A stretch of 64,000 nt of DNA from Felis catus. Its lineage: Eukaryota. Position 1 is the first letter of the stretch. Each line of letters begins with the position of its first letter. The notes below the pieces were generated by a model, which was not told the DNA's origin, made no database searches, and was given only the letters and a program-made list of their open reading frames with translations. The translations under genes and the position numbers were made by a program. The stretch is from positions 64,666,001-64,730,000 of the forward strand of contig NC_058378.1 of NCBI RefSeq assembly GCF_018350175.1. The letters run 5' to 3'. Of the stretch, positions 35,724 to 48,405 are shown in pieces.

Positions 35724-38149
35724 ATCAAGTGGGTCACTTCTGAAAGCCCCATCACTTGGCCTGGGCGGGGGGAAGTTTTACAAGCAGACTCCTCTCTATC
35801 ACAAGGGGTGCGGGTGTCTAGGAACCAGTGAGGGCTGGTTTCCCTCCGGCTCACAGGTCCCACCACCCCTCGCTTCCTCTCCCGAGTGATCTTCAAACAA
35901 CAGTCCTCCCTCTGCTGTGAAATCAGCTCCTGATATGGGGACCGCGGTATCTGTCAGAGGGATATGTGGTAGGTTGGACAAAGAAGAGACAATTACATAA
36001 AAACAGGGGGAGGGAAATGGCAATTAAAGAAAATTTAAAAACCATAATGGCTTTTCCAGGGAGGCAAGCATTTTTTGAGGGGGGGGTTTGGATTTTTTAA
36101 TGCAATGACAGAGTGTGAAGACATTCAAACAACAACTATACTCTGGTTCTAGCAATTGCTTGACAGGCCATCTTAGGAAATTTTCTTAACTCCTTAGACC
36201 CGCAGAGTCCCCAAATGCTAAATGAGCATAATAACATCACTAATGCTTGCTGCAAGAATAAAGTTGAGCAGTTGGTGTGAAAAACCCTGCAGAAGGCTTG
36301 CTACAAGATGAATGAATGGTCACTGCTAGTTCTGTCTCGCTCCTCTTTCTGCTACGGATTATTGCCATCAAGCTTCAGTATCCACAGACCCTGAGGAAGG
36401 CAGGAATGACAGGGAGAGGCAGATGTGACTGTCTTTTTCTTCCAGACTTTCTGGAAGCAAGGAAGGGTCTTAGATAAGAATTCCAAGTTCCCAGCCTCTG
36501 AGGCTGAATATTTTTTTATCATGGTCTTTCCTAGGGCAACAGAAGCTATTTGGCTTTGAATCACAAGTCTTCTTGTTCTGGGATATTTTCTCGACATGCC
36601 TGTAGTTGCGTCGGCCAGGCAGGCATTGGAGTTAAGTAAGTGGGGAGAATGAGAGTCTTGAAGGTCTGTATCAGTGCCTTTTCATTTGATTTTAGGAACC
36701 TGGCAATTTTAGGAGGGTGTGTAACTTCCGGTTTTTCTTCTTCTTGCCAGCTATGTGATCTTGGCCTCTGAGTCCCTGGGAACAATGACTGTGCCATTTG
36801 TAATATGTACTTACAATATCATGGTAAAAGGTTGGCCAAGATCACATTTTTTTAAAATATGAAAATCATAGTCATAAATTCACAAAATGTGTCTACTCAC
36901 AAGGCCAAGCCTTCCTCCTCCCCAAAGCCCTGCCCTTCTTGGCAACATCACTGCTTGCAACCACTCTTGACACGGAAGAATGCAGAAAATCCTAGCATTA
37001 TAAGATTTCTAAAGGGCCCCCCTGAGAGGCAGGGCTTTCTGGGCATCTTACAAATGAGCTCTGTAAGGAAAGAAATCCAGGTTCTCTTAAGCAGTCTAAT
37101 GTCCTCCAAACTTTTCCAGACTGGGACTTGGTTTAAGGAGGTGACAAACTCCATTCAGACAAGTACTGGTGGACAGAACAGATCAAAAGAGCTGGCTAAA
37201 AAGCGGCACAAGGAAAAATGTTGACCTTATTTCAAAGGTTAAATAGCTACCAGATAGCATAATTGTGCCTGTCCAAACCTTAATCCTAGCACCTCCTTTC
37301 GATATGTCCCAGTTTTCCTTCTTGCAGCCCCTTCCATTCAAATGGTTAGGAACAGGTAGCTCAAAGTGTTCCAGGTCGCAAGTGAAAAATGACGATATCA
37401 CCTAGTTAAACAAGGCATCTAAGGTGAACAGAGGCCTCTCTTGTTTACATATTATGGCATTTCGGCTAGAGAATTTGTTTTATAAACAAGCACTGGGGAT
37501 GACATTTAGCAAGCTCCCTGGTTTCCACTCTAATTGCCAGTTTTGTAGTTGGATACTTACATTATTTACATATTCATGAGAATAGAAATCAGCTCTGACA
37601 TTGGAAAATTTCAAGCACATGGAAATCCTACCAAATCAGCAAGGACTATAATGCTCAACATATTTCATATACATAACTGAGTGCCTTTTTACTTACTGTC
37701 GTGCCTTGGAGAAACAGGATGGCATTAGGTAGCTATCTGTTTGCTAAGTGCACTTGTGCAGAAATTATTTGACTATCCCCGGGGAGCTGAGTTTCAAGGA
37801 TCTATTTATCATTTATTACAATCTTGCCCTTTTGACATTTAGGGGCTACCAGGTCTATTAAAAAACAAACAGAGTTACTGTGAAGACAAATGCTTTAATA
37901 CTTAATGGTTTACTGTTATTATAATCAATACTTTCTGAGTACTGCGCATCGGTTCTTCCTTGCTCCATTCATTCTGGTTCCAGGGTACCTCTCAACGATT
38001 GAATGCTAAGGGGGCATCTGGCATTGACCTAAATGTCTACAACTTCAGGTACTGGGGAGACACTGAACTGCTGCTAAGGCAGCCCCGTGTCTAAATCCAG
38101 CGACACCACACCAGGTCGGCTCGCTCTCAGGCCTCTGAATCATACACTG

Positions 38150-38360
38150 GCTGGCAGTTCTACGATGCTTATTCTTCACCAGGCTCTGTGGTAAGTGTTT
38201 TACACACGTTATATCAGCATCCTCACACGGTCCCGTGAGGCACATTCTCTTATTGTTACTTCTACTTTACAGTTGTAGAACCCATACGATGACCTGCCAA
38301 AAGTCATCCCGCCATTGGTAGGACCTGACAGAGTAGAGAGCTCATGATCTTATCTGGCTT
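38150..38360 (-). mobile_element. MIR
   Basis: ccaggctctgtggtaagtgttttacacacgttatatcagcatcctcacac..gtgagg..tattgttacttctactttacag. Confidence 0.65.
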
Positions 38361-38530
38361 GCTGTATTGTCTCCTACTGGCGAGAAAGCACTACGACTGA
38401 GTTTTGGAAAATGCTGACCTTTATTCCTTTTTCAAGCAGTCACAGTTTGCCAAGATCCAGAACAACCAAGATCAGCAATGGCTTTCTGTTAGGACGTAGG
38501 AAAGATTAAAAAGGAATGGAGGGAGGGAGG

Positions 38531-38590
38531 TGTTTTGTTTTTGTTTGTTTTGTTGTTGTTGCTTTTTTTTTTTTTTTTTTTTTTGGTTTT
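38531..38590 (+). repeat. (GTTT)n/poly-T low-complexity tract
   Basis: Read directly; no SINE or L1 body attached. Confidence 0.9.
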
Positions 38591-39153
38591 AGGAATGGAT
38601 ATGAAACTAAAAGGAGTATTTTTTTTATTTACTTTTATACAGGTTACTAAAATTCTATCATATGCTATTGAACACATTGGCAGTATAATTTTCCTTTTCT
38701 ATCAATATATCATTTTAGCTCAAAGTTAGTCTTCACTCGTGCAGAGAATGCTGACTGTTAATATTTAGGGTTTCAATTATGTGTGAAAAGAGCCTCCTTA
38801 TCAAAACATGTTCGCCCCCTTCAGAGCTATGATTCGGTTTTGTGTATATCTCACACATACACATAAATGCCAAAATATTGAAGGTGAGGTAACATGAAAC
38901 CCTTAGGATTTCTTGCTTCTTTCATAAACTGTAATTCTTTGGAATACAGAGGAGTCGAGAAGGCTCTCACGTGATATTACTTGGAATGCTGAATCATCAA
39001 GCTCCAGAATAAATGAAACAATATAAACTGGTGAATATTCTAGAACTGCCACAAAATGAAGGTAGCCCACCAAACTGTCCTGAAGGTTCTGTCTGACCGC
39101 CACAGAATTGATCACCCAATTTGGAAGCATTTTTTTAAAAAATTCACAACACA

Positions 39154-39356
39154 GGGGCACCTGAGTGGCTCAGGCGGTTAAGTGGATGACTTTTGACTTT
39201 GGCTCAGGTCATGATCTCACAGTTTGTGAGATCAAGCCCTGCACTGGGCTTTGAGCTGACAGTGCAGAGCCTGCTTGGGATTTTCTCTCTCTCCCCCTTA
39301 CTCTCTGTCCTCCCATGCTCTTTCTCTCTCTCAAAATAAATAAATAAAACTTATAA
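39154..39356 (+). mobile_element. Can-SINE (older SINEC_Fc2-like), antisense to SORCS1
   Basis: ggggcacctgagtggctcaggcggttaagt..cagagcctgcttgggatttt..ctctcaaaataaataaataaaac. Confidence 0.94.
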
Positions 39357-39538
39357 AAAAATCACAAAACAATTTAACGTCTGAAATAAAACTGACAGGG
39401 AGATCCATGAACAGGAGGAAAAGAAAGCTGATGGGAAAGACAGAAGGGAAAGAAAAGTGATTTGGGGACTAACGCAAGGCAGCAAGATGAGATTTATTCT
39501 CCCCTCACCATTTTCTGTTTTAAGTTTTTGAGCTTGTT

Positions 39539-39762
39539 GGGGCGCCTGAATGGTTCATTCAGTCAAGTGTCCGACTTCAGCTCAGGTCATGATCTCACGG
39601 TTCATGAGTTCAATCCCCATGTCAGGCTCTGTGCTAACAGTCTGGAGCCTGGAGCTTGCTTCAGATTCTGTGTCTCCCTCTCTCTCTGCACCCCACCCAT
39701 ACACGTGCTCATGCTTTATCTCTCTCTCTCTCTCAAAAATAAATAACATTATTTTTTTTAAT
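39539..39762 (+). mobile_element. Can-SINE (SINEC_Fc-type), antisense to SORCS1
   Basis: ggggcgcctgaatggttcattcagtcaagtgtccgacttcagctcaggtcatgatctcacggttcatgagttc..tctcaaaaataaataac. Confidence 0.94.
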
Positions 39763-40305
39763 TTGAGTTAGTTGTAAATACTTAAAAGTATGAAAATACC
39801 ATATCTAATAGACCAAGATTCTTTCTCTTGAGAAAATATGAAGGTCTGGTGACACTGGATGAGCCACCCAAGGCTGCAAGAACAACAGGGTGGAGCCTCC
39901 CAACACCTCCCCACCCCCACCCCTCTAAATGTCTACATGAACACCTGCTCTCCACCTCACAGCCCAGACCCAGCCGCTTTGTTCGGTACCATTTCTTGCT
40001 TGTCGTTCATGGCCTCAATGAACTTGGATATCCACAAGGGCGGCAAGAGGAAGTACACCTCCTGGGACCAGAGAAAAAGGGTCAGAGCCAGCAGGCCCCC
40101 CTGCAGATCTTTGCCAGGGGGTTAAGTGGAGCAAGCAGGTGAGGGGGCCTTTCCTCTAGAGCTGTTCACTGGCCTGAGCCCCAAGTGGTCATGTTGCTTT
40201 CCCAACACTGCAGACCCCCCCTTTTAAAAATTGTCCCCCAGTGCAACCCCTAATGGAGAGGCCGGGGGCCCAGTGCCACGGCGGTCTGCAAAGCTGAGGT
40301 ATATG

Positions 40306-40492
40306 NNNNNNNNNNNNNNNNNNNNNNNNNNNNNNNNNNNNNNNNNNNNNNNNNNNNNNNNNNNNNNNNNNNNNNNNNNNNNNNNNNNNNNNNNNNNNNN
40401 NNNNNNNNNNNNNNNNNNNNNNNNNNNNNNNNNNNNNNNNNNNNNNNNNNNNNNNNNNNNNNNNNNNNNNNNNNNNNNNNNNNNNNNNNNNN
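40306..40492. other. Assembly gap (187 N) in intron 4
   Basis: N run. Confidence 1.
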
Positions 40493-42509
40493 AGATGTAA
40501 TCTGGCAGACTCAGCCTGCTGCTAAGCCTTCCTTGGGTGGTTTCCTGCACTGAGGCAAGCAAGTGAGGGGAAACTAGCAAGGAAGTGAAGAACTCTCTCT
40601 CTGCTTTCCGGTGCTGGCTCCATTTCCGAATGCAAAGAAACAAACAAACAAACAACCAAATGTACAGAATATTTGCTTTGCGGACTGCTTAATTACGGAA
40701 ATAAAAAAGATAATAAATAAAGGAGAGCAAGATCTTGGTGGTCCTGTACTCAATGCTATGCATTCTTTGTTGTGTCCATTGTGACTGACTGCTATTTTGT
40801 AAGAATTCTTAGTAGTGTGACATTATGGGACCAGTATCCCTCTGTCCATTTGACAAAATTTCCATAGTATCTATTATATTTGCATTTCTGGAGATTTCAG
40901 GGCTTTCCAAAGGCACACCTTCACAAAGACCCATTAGAAGCCAAGGAGGCTAACTCCTTTGTCTATACTGCATTAGGCCCCGGACAGGGCTCCCTAAGTA
41001 GCCAGGGTACTTCAGGACCTTAAAGGGAAAAAAAGGTACTGCTTTCTGCTTCAGTCATTCCTGTGGTGTTTGGAAAGCTGCATGCTCATTCAAGAAAGCT
41101 TTCGCCTCTTGGCAACCATCTAGACATTGAATATCATAGTCAGATTTCTCTCAGAAAAAAAAAAAGACTGAAGCATCAGAAGGCCTGATTTTATGAATTC
41201 TGAGGGCCTTGGTCCATACACGTTTGTCTGTGATGAAAAGCTATTTTTAAGAAAATAAATCTGATTTCCTATGGAATTGGTGGCCAGTAAAACTCTCTCT
41301 TGGGCCAGAAAGGACAACAGGCTCAACAAAACACTTTGGGTCCTTTAAAATGCGCACATCAAAAAACCTCCTCTCGGTACTGAGGCACACAAGATGAAAT
41401 GCAGACAGAGCAGAACACCGCAGCTCATATGGGCTGTGTCCTGCAAGCCAGGGCTCCAGACTCTGTCCTCAGGGCCTTAAAAGTCTCCTGTACTGAAGGA
41501 GAGAAAAGGCAAAGGCAAGGAAGTAAGGGGAAAATAAGGGTGGCGAAAGAGGGAGAGTATGTATTCAAAAGAGGGAGGGCACGTCTGAGAAGACAATGGG
41601 GGCAGGAGACCAGGAAGAGGGGGGAGAGGAGGACTCTGTTCACGGGTGAGTTCTCAAGGAGTGGCCACCTGAAGAAGATTCTTTCAAAGGGACAGCACCT
41701 TTTACTTGAGTATTCTGTTCACCATAGGCTAGCGTAGAAAAGCATCCAGCAGCACGAGGACCAGCAATGAGACTAAGATCTTCACGGGGAGTTCTGCCGC
41801 AGTAGCAATAGTAGTTGTCACAGAAAAACTGATGAGCAATCCTTACATGAAAGAAGAAATGTTCCCTTTTCCTGGGCAAATATAGTCATTGGCCTGCCAA
41901 CACCAGCACAGGGCTCTCCTTGGTGCTCAGTGCAGCATCTCACCAGTGTTAAAAGCTCCATGATTCATGGGTGTTTGCTGGCTATTATTTTCATATCACT
42001 GACCCACCTGAGTGGCCACACACCCTTTCCACTTGACTTCCAGCCAACCTCATTGGCCAATGGCTCATCTTATGGCTGCAGCCCACTTGCCTCCCAGCAA
42101 ATGCCCCACTCCTCATTCTGTGACTTAAGCCCTAAGATATGGAGTACTCTATCCCCTACTCATCTTAGAAGGCTATCTACAAATTTTTTTTCTAGGATGA
42201 TTTCTCCTTCACTCTCTCTAGGAAAAACAGAGAGCTCAACAGTAAGGTTGGTATCTTTCTGCCTAACTGCTAATCTCTAGATGTCATAATCAAGGATGAG
42301 AATGCTACCAAATTTCATATAAGCCTTTATTACATTCACTGAACTTTGACATGTGATACCAATGAGTGGTTTTTCTCTTTGGGGGAAATTCATTAACTTC
42401 TCATAGTTTTGGTTTGTTAGCTACATACCAGCAAAGACTGTTAAGGCTCCTTCCAGCTCTAAAGTGATAGAATTCATTCAGTCCATGGTCACAGAAGGTA
42501 TTTTTGGTC

Positions 42510-43110
42510 CAGACCAGGACTACTGCCATATAATCCTAACCGGTCTTCTTGCTTTTGACCTCATATTATCCCAGTTCATCCTAACTTTGCTACCAGAATA
42601 ACCTTCATAGTGTATACCTCTGAAGACACCATCACACTGGCCAAATTTTTCAAAAGGGTCCTAATTATGAAAACAAAACTTATTTTGCCTAGGAGTCAGG
42701 CAGTCAAAACAGCAAAAAGCAGTCAAGATCAGATTCCAAAAATATATACAGAATTAACTTTACTAAATTTCAGTTTCAGTCAAATAGACGCATTCTCAAC
42801 CCTGTGAACACTGTTTTTCTAACTTTATATTATTGCTTAGGACATTCCTCTTGTGTACAGTGTGGTCCTCCAAACAGAAATATGACATATATTCTTTAAG
42901 GTCAAGGTGAAATCATTTCATAAGATCTCTATCTCCTGAACTTTGGGCTGCCAATTTCATATAATCCATCCAGCTACTTCAACTGGGTATCTGTTATGTG
43001 TGAATGAGGGTACTGCCTTTTTGGCTTCTCTTAGGCTGTTAGTGAACTCATGTACATTTATCTTCTCTCCCCGCATGGACTGAATGCTCCTTGATAAACT
43101 GATTTAGACC
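42510..43110 (+). mobile_element. Degraded L2 fragments
   Basis: ggactactgccatataatcctaaccggtcttcttgct..ccagttcatcct..gctaccaga and ccccgcatggactgaatgctcc resemble L2 3' region motifs. Confidence 0.5.
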
Positions 43111-44164
43111 AACACTGCACCATGAGGAGCATCTACAACAGAGCTGGAGTCTAATGTATTTTTGTCCATCTCATTGGAAGTGCACCTGCAAGCATACTTA
43201 TTTGTGTAAACACGTGTTAAGGCAAAGACCAACACCAAGTACCATTCACCAAGTACTGTGGCTGAGTTGGGGCCACAACTCAGATGTCCACACTCCTCCA
43301 GGGTTGTTCACTCGGCCACAGTGGCTGTGGGAGGCCCTGTTTGAAGTGCTGGAACATGAAGGGTTACATGTGTGGGCATCTCTTCCAGCACAACTGTAGA
43401 GTTTCTACTTAGCCAGGTAAATCTGGTCCTCACTGTGCCTCTGGCATTAGGGGGAAAATTAACCAACTGTCAAATAAAATACAGTCAACCCAGTGGATTA
43501 AATGACTAATTCTCTGTGTCCCGAGCTGCTCAGCCTCGCCTCTGGTAACTGCACCATCTTGGACCAGATGCACTGTGGCCTGACTCCAGGAATGAAATTT
43601 TACATCCTGCTGAAAGGGTAGCCAGGCTGCTCAAGAGGAAAAGAAGATACTAATTGTAAATCTTTTCTATTTTTAGGCTCAATGTGCATTTTGTTTGGCA
43701 GTAAGGGCAGCATGAATAAAACTCCAATCCTAAGAATTTTAATTTGCCACCTCCAAAATGCCCGAGTCAGTAGAGATCTTGGAAGGTTGCGTCTACCCTT
43801 CCCCTGCCTTCAGGAAGAACCCCGCACATCTACATCTGCTCGACAGAAAAAAAAACAAACCCTAGAATAACCTCCTCACTCACAGAAGTTCGGTATCTCT
43901 TTAAATATATGTAATTTCTAGCACAAGATTCCCATAAAAAGATTTTGCAGAATAACTTCACTGAATCATTCACTTCACAAAGAGCATTGCAATATTTCAC
44001 CTATTTTCTCATTGGCTTTTATAGCTAGAGTCTCATATTTGCCTGTAAATCCTTTGTTTCTTTAATTGTATCTGCTGTTGCTCACCTTATATTCTACCTG
44101 AAAATTTAAGCTTCTTAAAAGCAGGGACTAGAGATACTTTATAGTGTATGTGTAGTATATAGTA

Positions 44165-44293
44165 NNNNNNNNNNNNNNNNNNNNNNNNNNNNNNNNNNNN
44201 NNNNNNNNNNNNNNNNNNNNNNNNNNNNNNNNNNNNNNNNNNNNNNNNNNNNNNNNNNNNNNNNNNNNNNNNNNNNNNNNNNNNNNNNNNNNN
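44165..44293. other. Assembly gap (129 N), about 550 nt downstream of exon 4
   Basis: N run. Confidence 1.
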
Positions 44294-44845
44294 TCTTAAA
44301 AAGTAGACCTCTCCTTCAGCACAACCACCAAGAGAAGACAGAGTTATCTTGTCAGTGTGAAATGACTTGGTTCTGAATAATGTCCTCTATGACCATTATC
44401 ACTGCTCCTCTGGCCATGTCTCTCACTGTTTTAGCAAATCACTAGTGTTCTTCACCTTTTTAGAGTTTTTCTTCCCAAGAAGGCTCTGAAAAAAAGCTCT
44501 GGGCCCTTAATCCAGAAAAATGTTCACATCTCCACATGCACAAAACACTGTCTCAAATTCCATGGGGGGTAGGAGCCCCTGATGGCCCATGGCATCTATT
44601 AATAACTGCTTCTCCACCATGTCTTCCTTAGTGTCAGGCTCTTCCCTTGTATGTTATTTCAGATATTTACACAGCTCAAGCAAGCACCTTGAAATCTTCC
44701 TTGCTGCTCCCGACCCCTGGTTCAGAGTTCAGGCTACTGCACAGAACAAAAGTCACTGCTGAGAAGAAAGGTAGAGACAATCAACTCCTGGTCTGTTCCC
44801 TGGAAAACCAGGCACTGTTGTCTCAAATGAGGTAATTATGCTCAC

Positions 44846-45004
44846 CTTTTGGTCTTGGCTGTATGCCAGAATCCAGTCCTCTTGCTTGGGGTGGAAAAGC
44901 AAGCTCTGAATGTAAAAGTTCAGCCGGTACTTCTGATAGGTGGCCCCTTCATCTGAGCTGATCAGTAAGCTGCTCTCAATCTCCGGGTCTGTGAGTAACA
45001 TGAT
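44846..45004 (-). CDS. SORCS1: SORCS1 internal coding exon (exon 4 by recalled human numbering), VPS10 beta-propeller with an Asp-box (SSDEGATY)
   Basis: Reverse complement reads IMLLTDPEIESSLLISSDEGATYQKYRLNFYIQSLLFHPKQEDWILAYSQDQK, matching SORCS1 rather than the SORCS3 version I recall (LSDPEMESSI..RLTF..WVLAYSLDQK). Acceptor ctgcag|ATC at 45005, donor AAG|gtgag at 44845; 159 nt, phase 0-0. Confidence 0.97.
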
Positions 45005-45049
45005 CTGCAGCCGAGAATTGTTGGGGAAAGAAGACAACAAAATGTTAAG
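45005..45049 (-). promoter_or_regulatory. Branch point, pyrimidine tract and 3' splice site of exon 4
   Basis: Minus strand reads CTTAAC (45049-45044; branch A about -41), then attttgttgtcttctttcccc, then ctgcag. Confidence 0.6.
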
Positions 45050-45599
45050 TTTCCAAACTTACAAAAACTAAAGAAAGGAGCTAACAGTTCGGTAAGACAG
45101 CAAGAAGGACTAAAGAATGCTTGACTAAACAAGGACATTGGCTCTGTCGCTTTGTTCTCCTGGACCAATGCCATGAAACTGTTTTCACTAAAAAATCAAA
45201 GAGGCAGACAAGCTGGAAGGGAGAGGAAAGAATGAAGTGCATTTTATTGTCTTCTATGGGTCTCCTTGTATTTTCTCAAGGTTATGTCCTTAATCTGAAA
45301 TATGCCCTACTGTTCCCCTAACCTCAGCCCTCTTTCCTACTGGGCCTTGTCTACTTTCCATTCAAGACTTGTCATAGTCTGCTGTGGTTAAGGTGGAAAG
45401 AAAGAGAAAGAGGATGGGGCCCATTCCTTTTTTCCTCTAATCATAAGCCCTCTTATTCACACCAACAATATTCTGTGTCCTCCTACCTTTAATCTGATTT
45501 TCTGAGTCTTGACTCAAAGGCTGAGCTTTCTAAATCCCCCTCTGGAAATTGTATAAAGGCCACATTTTATCACCTTTAAACCTATTTTATAATTTGCTG

Positions 45600-45827
45600 A
45601 TTTATTTTGCTTCTCATCTACATACTCCCTACTAGTACATCAACTCAATGAGAACAGGGATCTATGATATTCCTCTCTTTTTCTCCCCCACAAGTATACT
45701 CCCAGCAGCTAGAGTAAGGCCCAGCGTATTTTATAAACTCAGTGAGTACTTTCCAAATGAATGGATGAATAAATAAATGGATACATGAATGAATGTATAC
45801 ATGAATGAATGAATGAATGAATGAATA
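45600..45827 (+). mobile_element. L2 3' end with (ATGA)n tail
   Basis: ccctactagtacatcaactcaatgagaacagggatc..cccagcagctagagtaaggcccagc..atgaatgaatgaatgaatgaat. Confidence 0.7.
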
Positions 45828-48405
45828 GAGTTTTCAGACCAGTCACGTCCAATAGAAAGATGCCCAGAATAGTTGGAGCAGATATGAATGGAAGTGCCAT
45901 GGAAAAGTATCGGATGCTCTTCTCAATCTTTAGCCTACTGACCAAGAAATATGCTTTACATGTATAAACACTCACAGCTTCAGATGCTTTGTCCTTTCTC
46001 GTGAGGATGGTTAACCTTGGCCAGAGCAGTGTGAACAATCCACAAGAGCAACAAGATGGAGGGGCTGCCCTGAAAACGGACTTTTATTCTCTCATTTTAT
46101 GCCTCTAGGAATGTGTGATAAAGTACCTCATTCCCGACTCTCTGCAGGTCTCCTTTCACTCAGTCAACGTGCACACCTAATGCCTCCAGACAGGTGGCCT
46201 TAATGCTACCCATTAACTTGTTCCCCATCAACTTATTAATTGGCACTTTCTGAGTTTGGTTCAGAGAAGCATGAAAGATATGCTTAATGTGTGGTCATAT
46301 GAAGAGAAATCACTGCAGCCCAGGGTTTAAAGACTGCCAGCTGAGGACGCAGCAGTTCCAGGAAAAGAAGAGAGAGGAAGGAAAAGAAAAAAAAATAGGG
46401 TCATGTCATAAAAGATCAAACACATGGGGCTTTCTCAAGCGTGCGGAGGCAATCATATTAAAACCTCAGAATAGTCAGCGTCATCTTTGCAAGTGGTGTC
46501 CTGTCACCGCCAATGGCACCTGACCACCGCACGCCAGACACACTCAGCCTGGATTGTGTTTCTGTAACCCAGGATGAATTTAAAGCTCCTTGCTATTCCT
46601 TCAACCCGCCCTTGTTGAAGGAGAAAAAGGGATGTGGTGGAGTAAGCGGGATGCTGTGGCCGTCAGCCACACTCTGCACAAGATGAAAAGCACACCTAAA
46701 ACTGGAGACTAATTGCCTCCTTCCATGTTCCGGGGAAGCCGCTGTCCACCAACCAGAAATTCTGACAAAGTTACACGGGCCTCTCTGTCTTGCACTCACC
46801 AAGCAGACAGGGTTCCCTCATCGGATGGCGGAGACAGAACCGCCAGATAATTGACTAAGTACAAGTCACGTGGCTTCATTAAACTCTACCTTATGCACTA
46901 AGAAAGGACATTCGGATGGTTCCTAAATTCACAAGAATACTTGCAGGTGATTTCATATTTATTGGCACATAAAAGCTGTCATTTTCCAAATAACAAATAA
47001 GTCATCAAATGATCGCACTGCTTTGTGTCTCCAACCACAGTCGACAATAATACATAACAACCTTTCGGCTCTACCGCCAGAAAGTAATTTCCATGATAGT
47101 ATGAAGAGGATCGATTCTGTAGAGCGGCCATTGTCTCAGGCAAGGTGATTTTTTTTTTCCTCCTCTGACTTTCTATTTCCCTGTCAACCAAAATATGTTT
47201 TCCTTTCTTCCCATGAGAGCAGATTGCACCACCTGCTTCCCCTGGCAGACTGTTTCACCAAAATAAAAACAGTAGACCTACAGAATATCCTCAAATCAAG
47301 CTGATTTTCATGTGTCATCTAAAATATTTTTGAGACTCACTAATGGTGTAAGTCATGAGACCATATGAGATATTCCAGATAATACTGGCTGAGGGGAGGT
47401 AGAATAACACAAGCATTTTCAAACGCAAGGATACTTAATATTAAATAAACAAAACTCCTGACTCCCTTGGTTTTTTATTCTGAATGCTAAAAGTATATAG
47501 ACCCAAATCTCAGCTTCTCTCTCCAGTCCTCACCTGAAACCCTATCTGAAAATCTGACATTTTGGAAATGATGGAAGATGTCAGGAAATTCTCCCCTGTA
47601 AGATTTATAGGTGTATCTGTATGACACAAACCTTCCATTGGTTCCTCTCTCAAATCTCTGCTCAAATCCAGGCAAAACAAACAGGTCAATCTGGACCCAT
47701 TTTTATTTAGCCATTTTTTATTGCACAAACAACTTTGTAAGGCTGCCAGAAGAATTTAAAATAAAAGAAAAATAAATTGCTCATGACCCTATTCCTTGAA
47801 CAAGTCAAACCATGTGTGTGCTTCCCTCTACTTCTTTATTCGCATCTATATATAATATCATGGATGTAGTGGGTTTTTCCACTTAGTATAATGGCCTATG
47901 TTCATTTCTAACTGAACCAGAAACACACAAATGCATATCCACACACGAGTATGTACCATTGTGTATAAAATATTTCAATTACTTAATCATAGCCTTCAAC
48001 ATAATTAGGTTACAATCAGTGCAGTGGTTGAGTAGCGATAAGTACTTGACAATTTACTGTTAACTGAATACATAGAATCCTATTATTTCAGTCATTAAAT
48101 TCAATTTTTTTTTAGTAATTTATTCAAATAGGTTGAGGTTTATGGTGTCCTTTTGAAGGTTATTACAAGTAAATAAGTTAAGAAGTAAATAATGAATTTA
48201 AGCAACATCTAAATAGAAAAATGTTTAACCTATTTGAGAAAAAGAAACAATGTAAAAATAAATGTGATCCAATCTTTAGACATAAATGATGGCATTTATA
48301 AATAAAGTCCTATCTTCTCAAAAAGGTGTTCTCCTAGGAAATATTATCAAAATAATACCTTCAAGTTACTTAATACTCCCCAAAAAATAACAGATTGCAC
48401 TTCTT

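Noticed and set aside
44753-44845. ORF read-through VSIITSF..SSQQ after exon 4, and upstream extension MLSSFPNNSRLQ
   Set aside because: Intronic sequence on either side of canonical splice sites; not part of SORCS1 protein.
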